From Candidatus Heimdallarchaeota archaeon (lineage in GTDB: Archaea; Asgardarchaeota; Heimdallarchaeia; Heimdallarchaeales; Heimdallarchaeaceae), in contig JABCTC010000051.1 of the NCBI GenBank assembly GCA_018238545.1, positions 1 through 22,949 on the forward strand: DNA of 22,949 nucleotides, read 5' to 3'. Within the stretch, counting starts at the first letter, position 1. Each line of letters opens with the position of its first letter. Positions 1-8,298 of this stretch are shown here, piece by piece. The notes beneath the pieces are model-generated. The model did no database searches. It saw only the letters and a program-made list of their open reading frames with translations, and was not told the origin of the DNA. The translations under genes were made by a program, and so were the position numbers.

Positions 1-116
1 CTTCCCTCCCAGGTACTCTCCTTCCTTCCGATCTCTTCCCCTCAACACACGTGAGGGGGCCCACTTAAACGACGGTTAGACGCCTTCTGGCGAGTTTAAC
101 CAAGTTTCATAACGTG
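1..116. mobile_element. Putative mobile-element terminus (structured, possibly IS200/IS605-like right end), truncated by window start
   Basis: 56 of the first 100 nt are G/C in an AT-rich window. Hairpins at 38-58 (CCCCTCA/TGAGGGG) and 74-101 (GGTTAGA-CGCC-ttct-GGCG-ag-TTTAACC). It sits where the N-terminal HxH part of the adjacent PHP gene should be. No transposase in view. Confidence 0.45.
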
Positions 117-117
117 T

Positions 118-863
118 GTAGAACAAAATATCTTATGGCACATAACAATGGGATTTAACGCTTGTGTAATAACAGATCATAATACTCTTAAAAATTCAGA
201 CGATATAGCTGAGATGGCATTAAAGTACCAAAACGAAATCGTTGTTATTCAAGGAATGGAATATACAACATCACGAATTCACATGAATTTCATAGGGATT
301 TATAGCTGGAATCTGAGAGTTCCTATAGTTCCTACAGATCAAGAAATACTTGAAGCAATTGAGGAAGTACATCAACAAGGTGGAGTAGTTTCTGTCAATC
401 ATTATATTAGAACAGAAAGTAAAGATAGAGACGATTTTCCGTCTCGCGAACTATTAATTCAATAGGGTGTCGATTTCATCGAGATTGTTAACAGAAATAA
501 TTATGAGATTCTATAGGAATGATAACAGGTACTGATATGCATAGTCCCACAGATGTACATAGTTGGACAGGAATAAATGCAGATAATATCACAAAAGAAG
601 GTATTATAGCTGAATTAGTTGATCACAATACCACAATCATATATGATTCGGAAGGTGTTAAGGAGAAAGGTGTATCAAAAACCAACCCTTGGAACGTTGT
701 GTTAAGACCGTTTTATGATATTGGAGGAATAATAAGTGATTATTTCACTGGCTCAGAGGTTGGATTAGTTGTGTTCTTTTCGTACTATTTTGCAATCTTT
801 ATCTTGGTAGAGGCAAGTATTCTAGGTGTAAAGAAAATTGAAGAAAAGAGGAAAAAAGAATAA
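118..863 (+). pseudogene. Decayed PHP-domain (polymerase/histidinol phosphatase) protein with C-terminal TM helix
   Basis: VEQNILWH..GFNACVITDHN, GMEYT..RIH, VNH and GTDMH motifs are present. The N-terminal HxH is missing. In-frame TAG at 463-465 is followed by GVDFIEIVN, and the frame switches near 505-507 into DSIGMITGTDMH. Confidence 0.8.
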
Positions 864-897
864 AATAAAAAGTGTTCAACTGAACAATTTCTATAGA

Positions 898-1713
898 TTA
901 TTCTATCGTTGCACCACAATTGGGACAGAACTTGTCAGAAGCAAGATTCTTAGATCCACAATTTGAGCAGAATTTTTCTTGCACATTGGACACGGGTTGA
1001 ACTGGTTGAACAGGTTGAACAGGGGCATATGTAGCTGGAGCAGAAATGGGCGCATATACTCCAGGAGCAATAACAGGAGCCAGCTGTGAAAAGTCAGTAG
1101 TTTGCCTTATCAGTTCTAGTTTCTTAGAATTTTCATATAATACATATGCAACTCCTAAAACCAACAATACTCCACCACCTGCGATTACATAAGCCATGAT
1201 AATCAGAAATCCCAGAGCTATTCCTAGAGTTAAGACTGTAATAAATGCAGCAACGAATATGACCACACCTGCAATTAACCCATAAAAGGCAAATAGTGGA
1301 AAAACCCATGAATCCAATTTTCCTTGTTGTGGAGCTGATTGACTAACCTTCTTAAATAAACCATTTAATTTCAAGAAACTCCCAATTCCAGTAACAAGAG
1401 CAACCAAAGCACCTGCAAGCCCTACAATTGGGATATACATGAAAATGATTGAACCTCCGTAAATAAACAACCATTTTCTTGTTGATTCAGCTTCAGGTCT
1501 AGCAGATGGAAAAGATATTCCAATCCGATACAAAGCACTGCCAAGAAGGAATAATCCTACTGCATAGATTGCATCTCCAACAAGACCTATATATTCAGAT
1601 GTACCAATAAAACCCAACCCAAAGCCTACTGCTTGAGCGAGAACGATTATTAGCGCACTATACTTAATCATATCAGTATCTGATTTATCATATATTTTCG
1701 TTGTAACAGACAT
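898..1713 (-). CDS. Multi-pass membrane protein with Pro/Gln-rich linker and C-terminal zinc ribbon
   Basis: About 6 hydrophobic helices, an APV/PVQ linker, and CSNC-x10-CPNC at the C-terminus. Confidence 0.85.
   Translation of the reverse strand: MSVTTKIYDKSDTDMIKYSALIIVLAQAVGFGLGFIGTSEYIGLVGDAIYAVGLFLLGSALYRIGISFPSARPEAESTRKWLFIYGGSIIFMYIPIVGLAGALVALVTGIGSFLKLNGLFKKVSQSAPQQGKLDSWVFPLFAFYGLIAGVVIFVAAFITVLTLGIALGFLIIMAYVIAGGGVLLVLGVAYVLYENSKKLELIRQTTDFSQLAPVIAPGVYAPISAPATYAPVQPVQPVQPVSNVQEKFCSNCGSKNLASDKFCPNCGATIE
995..1021. repeat. 9-bp tandem repeat x3 (GGTTGAACW) encoding the PVQ linker
   Basis: ggttgaact ggttgaaca ggttgaaca seen directly. Confidence 0.85.
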
Positions 1714-1780
1714 ATTTTAACCTCAAAGTTTGGTAAATAATAAATTAGAAGTATATAATACTTACCCTTGAATTTTAAAC

Positions 1781-1816
1781 AAGAAAAAAGAAAAAAGAAA
1801 AAGGAGAAAAAATAAA
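1781..1816 (-). terminator. Archaeal oligo-T terminator after pmbA
   Basis: Several T5-T6 runs on the minus strand immediately after the pmbA stop. Confidence 0.6.
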
Positions 1817-3196
1817 TCAATCAGAAATTGTGTGTCCTTTGAAAGTCATTGAAGGAGCGTCTATAGGCCATCCAGAAGTTTCTCTATCAGACCCTATAAC
1901 AGCTATATTTTTGAGTGTTTCATAGTTATTTCCTGCGATGCTTATAGACTTCAATGGATTAACAACTTCACCTTTTTCGATCAGAAAAGCATCATTTGTG
2001 GTTACACTAAAGTCTCCAGTTACAGGATTAGCTGTAAACAACCCTATTGGTGTGCCTGTAATTAATATACCTCTATCAATTTCTGCTATCTGTTCATCCA
2101 AATTTTTCCCTACATTTTTAACCAGCATTTGATTTGGCCCAACAGAGGGAAGACTCTCGAAGGGTATTCCACCACCAAAACCCATTCCTCTCGTTGCATT
2201 ACCAGTAGATTGCATTTCAGCTGCTTCCCCATACATTTTATCAAAAACAAAGGTTTTCAAAATACCATTTTCGATTGCTGTTGTAGTTTGTTTTGGTGTT
2301 CCTTCTGTATCAATTGCTCTACAAGCACCTTGAACTGGATTTTGTCCATCATCGATCAATGTAAAATCATCTACACACACTTTTTCACCTAGTTTGTCTT
2401 TCCACGGATTTTGTTTTTCAACATACCCAGAACCAGATAAAACACTGAAAAATGGAAATGCTAGAAAAGGAGCTGCTTCACGAGATTTCCAGACTGTTGG
2501 AAGAACCTCAGAACCTCCAAAGGCTTTTGAACCTAGAGATTCTAGACCATGTTTCATAGCATTTGCAGTAAGACCTTCAACAGGTTTTATTTCTCTTCCA
2601 AGTACAAAATCTGCTGCTGTTTTGCGATCACTAGCTTCTGTAAGTACTACCATACTATTAGCACCGTAAGTTGTAATCAAAGATGAGGATAGACACCCTT
2701 CAGAGGTACCTAATGCATAACCACCCCAAGAGATGTTTACAGCATAAGATACAGAGACAAGTCGAGTATCACTGCTATCAAAACCTTGACCCATTAAATT
2801 GCAATGTTCAATCATATCTTTGGCATCGAGATTAGGGATTACATGGTCTAAAATTCCTTCTTTAGATGTCTTTGTTTCAGCGACAAATCCATTAAACATA
2901 GGATTTTCTGGACTAGTTTTTGCTATACTATGAGCAAGATTAAGTGTTGTCTTAATTGATTCCTCATCAAAACCAGTTGTGCTAGCAAAACCTATTTTCT
3001 TCCCAATTGCTGCCCTTATTCCAATTCCTAGAGAAAGACCATCCCTACTATCAACTTTACCTTTGTTATCAGTCAAATTTGTACTTGAGAGATTGTAAAT
3101 AAAAACTTCAGTAGAAGGTATATTGAGATCTTTTGCGTATTTGAGTGTTTGATCAGCAATACCTAATATTTGTTCACGAACTTTATCTAGAGACAT
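1817..3196 (-). CDS. pmbA: PmbA/TldE family protein (non-catalytic partner of TldD)
   Basis: GIGIR..GFAST, DTEGTP, IENGILK, STGNA.R, NPVTGDFS, LIEKGEV and IAGN motifs. No HExxxH. Lies 2 nt downstream of tldD. Confidence 0.9.
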   Translation of the reverse strand: MSLDKVREQILGIADQTLKYAKDLNIPSTEVFIYNLSSTNLTDNKGKVDSRDGLSLGIGIRAAIGKKIGFASTTGFDEESIKTTLNLAHSIAKTSPENPMFNGFVAETKTSKEGILDHVIPNLDAKDMIEHCNLMGQGFDSSDTRLVSVSYAVNISWGGYALGTSEGCLSSSLITTYGANSMVVLTEASDRKTAADFVLGREIKPVEGLTANAMKHGLESLGSKAFGGSEVLPTVWKSREAAPFLAFPFFSVLSGSGYVEKQNPWKDKLGEKVCVDDFTLIDDGQNPVQGACRAIDTEGTPKQTTTAIENGILKTFVFDKMYGEAAEMQSTGNATRGMGFGGGIPFESLPSVGPNQMLVKNVGKNLDEQIAEIDRGILITGTPIGLFTANPVTGDFSVTTNDAFLIEKGEVVNPLKSISIAGNNYETLKNIAVIGSDRETSGWPIDAPSMTFKGHTISD

Positions 3197-3198
3197 TA

Positions 3199-4617
3199 TT
3201 AAGCACCTCCAACAAGAACTTGATCCATAATAACGTTAGGACCACCAAATCCAACTGCGAGTCCACCTTGGCCATTTTTTCCACAACCACCAAAATATCC
3301 CGTGCGAATAGTAATATCCTTTGTAGCACCTTGAACATGTTTGAGTAGTTCTAGAATATTTCCAGATAGAGCATGATTTTTCAAAGGTTTGGTAATCTGC
3401 CCATTTTCAATGAGATAACCTCTGTTACAGTTGAACATGAAATTTCCATCAAGACCGACTTGACCGCCTGACATATCAACTGCATAAACACCATTTCCTA
3501 TTTTTTCAAGAGCTTCTTCAAAAGATAGATCTCCTTTTTCAAAATAGGTGTTTTTCATCCTTACGATTGGATCAAACATGAAATTAATCGCTCGACTGTT
3601 TCCTGTTAGTTCAGCGTTCATCTTTTGAGCTGTACCTCTATTGTGGAGGTAACCTTTCAGAATGCCCTTTTCGACTAGAACAGTTCGCCCTGTCTTTATT
3701 CCTTGATCGTCATAAGGTAGATATAATCCACCATATTGAGTAACACCTTCATCGATCAATGTAACATGCTCACTTCCTAGTTGTTCCCCAACTCTGTCAG
3801 CTATAGGAGATTGTCCTGTTACTACAAAGTCTGCTTCACTTAAATGACCAAATGATTCATGAACAACTACTCCACCCATTAGAGGAGAGACTAAAGTTGT
3901 CTGCTTTCCAACAGGGGCAGCTACTGCATCTATCTGTTCTTTGCAGTATTTTCCTGCATTTGTACCAGTTTGTTCAGGTGTTGTTTCTTTTTCTTCGAAG
4001 AATTCTAGTCCTTTGGAAGCTCCAGTTCCTGTAAAAGATTGTGCTTGTTTGCCTTCACTTATGAAGACACTTCCCATTCGAATATCGACCATAACGGGAG
4101 CCCAGTAAATTTCGGTCCCCTCAGAGTTAACTAGAAGCTTTTCTCCAAACATCTCTCCATACGCTCCAGTTGTACTTGTAGGTTTAAGCACCTCTTTTAT
4201 AGAGCTAACACCACGTTTCAACATGTCTAGTTTATCTGAGAACTCATAATCTTTAGGATGTTTTTTCACATCTAATACTACTTTTTCTTTAACAGCTGGT
4301 ATAGATTCAAAATCGAGTTTCATGACATTTCTTTCGTCAGTTGATTTAGCTAGTTTGATAGCTCTTTTTGTTGCATTTTTCACACCTTCCAAATTCAATT
4401 CAGGAGTATAAGAATAGCCAGGTGTACCATTGAAGTAAGCCATAACGCCTATTCCTTTCCTTTGGAATGCAGAAGATTGCTTTACTATATCATTTATTAA
4501 AGCAATGGTTGTTAATTGTAGATCATCATATCTTGCTTCAATGAAGTCTACACCAAGTTTCGATCCTTGATCTACTGATTTGTGAAGTAAGTCAAGAATA
4601 AAATCTGACTGTGACAT
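3199..4617 (-). CDS. tldD: TldD family metalloprotease
   Basis: HESFGH metal motif, YDDQG, TGNSRA, RMKNTY, and C-terminal CGK.GQ...VG.GGP. Confidence 0.92.
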   Translation of the reverse strand: MSQSDFILDLLHKSVDQGSKLGVDFIEARYDDLQLTTIALINDIVKQSSAFQRKGIGVMAYFNGTPGYSYTPELNLEGVKNATKRAIKLAKSTDERNVMKLDFESIPAVKEKVVLDVKKHPKDYEFSDKLDMLKRGVSSIKEVLKPTSTTGAYGEMFGEKLLVNSEGTEIYWAPVMVDIRMGSVFISEGKQAQSFTGTGASKGLEFFEEKETTPEQTGTNAGKYCKEQIDAVAAPVGKQTTLVSPLMGGVVVHESFGHLSEADFVVTGQSPIADRVGEQLGSEHVTLIDEGVTQYGGLYLPYDDQGIKTGRTVLVEKGILKGYLHNRGTAQKMNAELTGNSRAINFMFDPIVRMKNTYFEKGDLSFEEALEKIGNGVYAVDMSGGQVGLDGNFMFNCNRGYLIENGQITKPLKNHALSGNILELLKHVQGATKDITIRTGYFGGCGKNGQGGLAVGFGGPNVIMDQVLVGGA

Positions 4618-4681
4618 AACGCAAAAGAAACACGAGCATTAATAAACATTTATCACAACTTGTCATAAAAACGCACATACA

Positions 4682-5221
4682 TCAAGAAGCTTGTTTCTTG
4701 AATTTTAAGACTTTTTTTGTTTCTTCAATTAAGGAAAATACTTGATTCTCTGATAGAAGTGCTATTAGTTTCTTGTTAGCCCCCCATTTTTGAATGGCAA
4801 GAATTCCATCAGTTTTAATTATTCGACTCATTTCTTTCTTTACTTTTATGTAATCCAAAACATGTCTAACACCAAAGAGAAAAGTTAAGTCAACACTTTG
4901 ATCTTCTAGACCTGTATCATACACGCTTATTACTATGCCTTCAACATTCTTTACTCCAGCTTTCTTAACTTTCTTATTTACTGATTCTATTGCAAATGGA
5001 TTGATATCAATAGCATAAATAAATCCGTTCTCTCCAACTAATTTTGATGCAGGAATGGTATAGTGACCTGGACCACAACCAACTTCTAGGACAGTTTGAT
5101 CAAGTTTAAGTCCTGCTTGTTCAAGTAATTTGTAGGGATTGACAAAAAGACTATATATCGTTTCATGGACAAAAGAAACCATTTTAAAATGAATTTTTTC
5201 AGAAAAAGACAATTTTATCAA
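4682..5221 (-). CDS. Class I SAM-dependent methyltransferase
   Basis: VLEVGCGPG motif I, AIDIN, SVDL. TTG start with TTAAATA ~25 nt upstream. Confidence 0.85.
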   Translation of the reverse strand: MIKLSFSEKIHFKMVSFVHETIYSLFVNPYKLLEQAGLKLDQTVLEVGCGPGHYTIPASKLVGENGFIYAIDINPFAIESVNKKVKKAGVKNVEGIVISVYDTGLEDQSVDLTFLFGVRHVLDYIKVKKEMSRIIKTDGILAIQKWGANKKLIALLSENQVFSLIEETKKVLKFKKQAS

Positions 5222-5280
5222 GTGAGTATATGGGGTCTAGGTATTTAAGAGCATCCAAACACCTATGAAGACTCTTCTTC

Positions 5281-5505
5281 TTACATCTTGTAACCTTTAT
5301 ACAACGCTCTAAAAACTTCCTCCTTTGATCCTCCGTGTTTGTTAACAACATCAGAGATAATTGCACCTAACAATTGTATTTCTTCTGCATCAAACTCGAA
5401 TTCTTCTAGATTTTTCTGTAATATTCGAAATGCTGTCCACTTATTTGCTTGTGGATCAACTCTCCCCTCATATCTATCTCTTATCTCATCTTGTAAATAG
5501 CTCAT
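5281..5505 (-). CDS. 74-aa hypothetical helical protein (start revised to ATG at 5505)
   Basis: MSYLQDEIRDRYEG...ALYKGYKM, with a BRE/TATA-like GAAACC-TTATAAAG 24 nt upstream of the ATG. Confidence 0.7.
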   Translation of the reverse strand: MSYLQDEIRDRYEGRVDPQANKWTAFRILQKNLEEFEFDAEEIQLLGAIISDVVNKHGGSKEEVFRALYKGYKM

Positions 5506-5528
5506 TCTATCAAAAAATTCTTTGTATA

Positions 5529-5542
5529 CTTTATAAGGTTTC
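5529..5542 (-). promoter_or_regulatory. BRE/TATA for the 74-aa gene (leaderless spacing)
   Basis: GAAACCTTATAAAG on the minus strand, 24 nt before ATG 5505. Confidence 0.6.
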
Positions 5543-5678
5543 CACAACTTCTTCTTGTTCTGGACAAACCACCTTTTTGTGTAGTGTAGAATAATACAGA
5601 ACTCTGAATACAAAGCAAATTGCCTCTTACTATTGTTTATTAAAGCATGTTAAACTCGAAATAATAGGTGTAAATAGG

Positions 5679-7886
5679 GTGTCTAATGTTAGGAAGAAAG
5701 GAGTTTCTTGTATTTTTATTTCACTATTTGTTTTAAGTTTCTTAATTACAGCTGAATTCGAGATTAATCAAAAGAATGAAGAAAAAATTTTACTGAAAGA
5801 AGAGAATCAAGGTTACTTTCCTCGTTTTTCAATGACACAAATTGATAATATTCAAATTATCGATGATGGTGATTTTGCCAAATATAGTTCAGAAGGAGAC
5901 GGATCAGAATCTACTCCGTATATAATTGAGAATTATAAAATTGTCAATGATTCAATTATGGGAATATTCGTCGCGGGAACATCACAACACTTTATCATAA
6001 GAAATTGTGAAGTTTATACTAATACACACTATGCTATATATATTGGGGGCACTGTTGCAGACAACATATGTATAATAGAAAACAATTATTTTCACAGCAA
6101 TAAAACAATAGGGATAGCAGTTTTAGGCGCAGATTTTGTAACGATTACTAATAATATATGTAATGATAGCAATATAGGTTTGTATCTAGATGCAAACAAT
6201 TGTACTGTTGCAGACAACACTTTCAATGGACATATAGGTATTGCAGGATACAGCATTATAGGTTATGGAATTCATATAGTGGGATCATCTAGCTTATCTA
6301 GAGGGCACATAATAAACAATAACACCTGCAATGAGAACGATTACGGCATTCATATAGGGAGTTTAGATTATGGACTGATTTCAAATAATACATGTAATAA
6401 CAACAATGTTGATGGGATATTTCTAGAAAATAGTAACTCACTTGAGAATACACTTTTCAACAATATTTGCAAAGATAACACAGAACATGGCATACATGTA
6501 GAAGCAGCAAGATATAATGTCATCACAAATAATACATGTATTGGTAATGACTATGGTATTTATTTAGAACAAGAATTATCATCATCAGTTCCAGCAATTG
6601 TTAAGTTTAACAACGTTACACAAAACAACTATGGGATATTCTTATTTCACTTCGTTGGTGCTAGTATTACTTACAATTTACTATTATTAAACACTCATTA
6701 CGGCGTTTATCTAGGCTATGCTGCAACTAACAATCTTGTGCACCGTAATGCTTTTTTGAATAACAGCGTATCTCACAGTTCCCAAGGATATGATGAAGCA
6801 GCAATTAACTTATGGTATGACGCAGCAAACAAGGAAGGGAACCATTGGACAGAGTGGAGCGGTTTTGGTTCATATTCTATTGATGGCGCTTCAAACTCTG
6901 AAGACCTGTACCCATATGGTTTAGATAATGACAATGATGGAATGGCGGATAATTGGGAGCTGTTTTATGGACTTAATATAACAATTAATGATGCAGCTCT
7001 AGATGAAGATTCTGACGGATTAAACAATTTAGGTGAATTTTATCATAAAACTGACCCAACTGACTTTGATACCGACAACGATCTTATGCCTGACGGCTTT
7101 GAAGTAGATTATGATTTAGACCCACTAATCAACGATTCTCACATAGATTACGATAGCGACGGATTAAACAATTTAGAGGAATACCAAGAAAATACAAAAC
7201 CTAGAACCTGGGATTCTGATGAAGATGGTTTAAATGATGGGCTTGAGGTTAAGACCTATTTCACGAATCCAAATAGCAATGACACTGATAGTGACAATAT
7301 GGATGATTATTGGGAAGTTCTCTACGATCTGAACGCAACTGAATACAATCCTGATGAGGATTATGATAATGATACTTTATCAAATATTTTAGAATATAAT
7401 TTGGGAACTAAACCCAATAATGTTGATAGTGATGGAGATAGTTTACCTGATAAGTATGAGTATGAAAATAATCTAGACCCAGCTGTTCCAGACGCTGGAG
7501 AAGATCCAGATGATGATGGACTTACCAATTATCAAGAGTATAATTATAATACAAATCCTCAGCTAAACGACACTGATTCAGATCTGATGCCTGACGGATG
7601 GGAAATTAATTATGGATTAAACGCTACTAAAGATGATGCAGGAGAAGATCCAGATGATGATGAGCTTACCAATTATGAGGAATATTTGGTTGATACCGAT
7701 CCCTTCAATGTTGATAGCGATGGCGATGGATTTAGCGATTTTGATGAAGTAGTTGCAGGCACAGACCCTAATGACATAGATGACTACCCTGAAATCATTC
7801 CAGAGTATACCATATCATCTCTTATGCTACTGGTTGTAGGAACTATATCTTTAGCTTTCTTGCTAAAACAGAAAAAATTGAAATAG
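5679..7886 (+). CDS. Cell-surface protein: signal peptide, NosD-like right-handed beta-helix, 12 TSP3-like DxDxD(G) Ca-binding repeats, PEY + TM + basic tail
   Basis: N-terminal hydrophobic stretch, GDGSESTPYIIE cap, repeated NNxCxxNxxGI, GNHW...DLYP end of helix, DxDxDGxxDxxE repeats, and IIPEY-TM-KQKKLK. Confidence 0.88.
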   Translation: MSNVRKKGVSCIFISLFVLSFLITAEFEINQKNEEKILLKEENQGYFPRFSMTQIDNIQIIDDGDFAKYSSEGDGSESTPYIIENYKIVNDSIMGIFVAGTSQHFIIRNCEVYTNTHYAIYIGGTVADNICIIENNYFHSNKTIGIAVLGADFVTITNNICNDSNIGLYLDANNCTVADNTFNGHIGIAGYSIIGYGIHIVGSSSLSRGHIINNNTCNENDYGIHIGSLDYGLISNNTCNNNNVDGIFLENSNSLENTLFNNICKDNTEHGIHVEAARYNVITNNTCIGNDYGIYLEQELSSSVPAIVKFNNVTQNNYGIFLFHFVGASITYNLLLLNTHYGVYLGYAATNNLVHRNAFLNNSVSHSSQGYDEAAINLWYDAANKEGNHWTEWSGFGSYSIDGASNSEDLYPYGLDNDNDGMADNWELFYGLNITINDAALDEDSDGLNNLGEFYHKTDPTDFDTDNDLMPDGFEVDYDLDPLINDSHIDYDSDGLNNLEEYQENTKPRTWDSDEDGLNDGLEVKTYFTNPNSNDTDSDNMDDYWEVLYDLNATEYNPDEDYDNDTLSNILEYNLGTKPNNVDSDGDSLPDKYEYENNLDPAVPDAGEDPDDDGLTNYQEYNYNTNPQLNDTDSDLMPDGWEINYGLNATKDDAGEDPDDDELTNYEEYLVDTDPFNVDSDGDGFSDFDEVVAGTDPNDIDDYPEIIPEYTISSLMLLVVGTISLAFLLKQKKLK
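6924..7790 (+). repeat. Array of 12 TSP3-like calcium-binding repeats
   Basis: DNDNDGMADNWE through DSDGDGFSDFDE, counted in the translation. Confidence 0.8.
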
Positions 7887-7975
7887 TAATATCGTGCAAA
7901 TTTCAACTTCATTTTAGTATAGCAGAGGTTTTAAAATAGTTAGTGCAATTCAAAAAGGAAGGAGGGAGGGCTTCA

Positions 7976-8298
7976 ATGATGAAGTCCAAACGAATTCACA
8001 ATAATAATCTATTACTTTTTGTTTCTATATTTGCCATCAACATTTTTTCCAGTATATTCTTAGCTCGAGTATATGCTGACGATGATGACCCAGAGGGAGA
8101 TGATGACGATTTTGGCAAAGATTTGTGTCCTATTTCAATTGGATTTTTTAGCTTTTGATACCCTTAATATCATTGCACTATATATTTTCAAAGGTTCTAG
8201 GAAATTGTTGAGAGATGAAGGTAAAGCTGGTAAAACTAAGAAAACGATTACGTCCATCTATCAAGAAATCGGAAAACCTTTAAGCGACATTATTTTTG
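7976..8298 (+). pseudogene. Broken membrane-protein gene, copy A (5' part)
   Basis: Purine-rich SD-like tract, then MMKSKRIH..signal-like segment..VYADDDDPEGDDDDFGKDL. A frameshift in the T6 run (8144-8149) continues as LAFDTLNIIALYIF...KPLSD and then runs into the degV 3' end. Confidence 0.65.

Noticed and set aside
1-116. tRNA, rRNA, SRP/RNase P RNA or group II intron end
   Set aside because: No cloverleaf, recognisable conserved RNA motif, GTGCG start or domain V seen on either strand. An Rfam search is still advisable.
463-465. In-frame TAG as pyrrolysine or recoded codon
   Set aside because: The same gene is also truncated and frameshifted, TAG ends other genes here, and TGG->TAG is the simpler explanation.
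1938-4034. Short plus-strand ORFs within pmbA/tldD (and similar antisense ORFs throughout, e.g. 8725, 13187, 17624, 22681)
   Set aside because: They are antisense shadows of well-supported genes and have no motifs.
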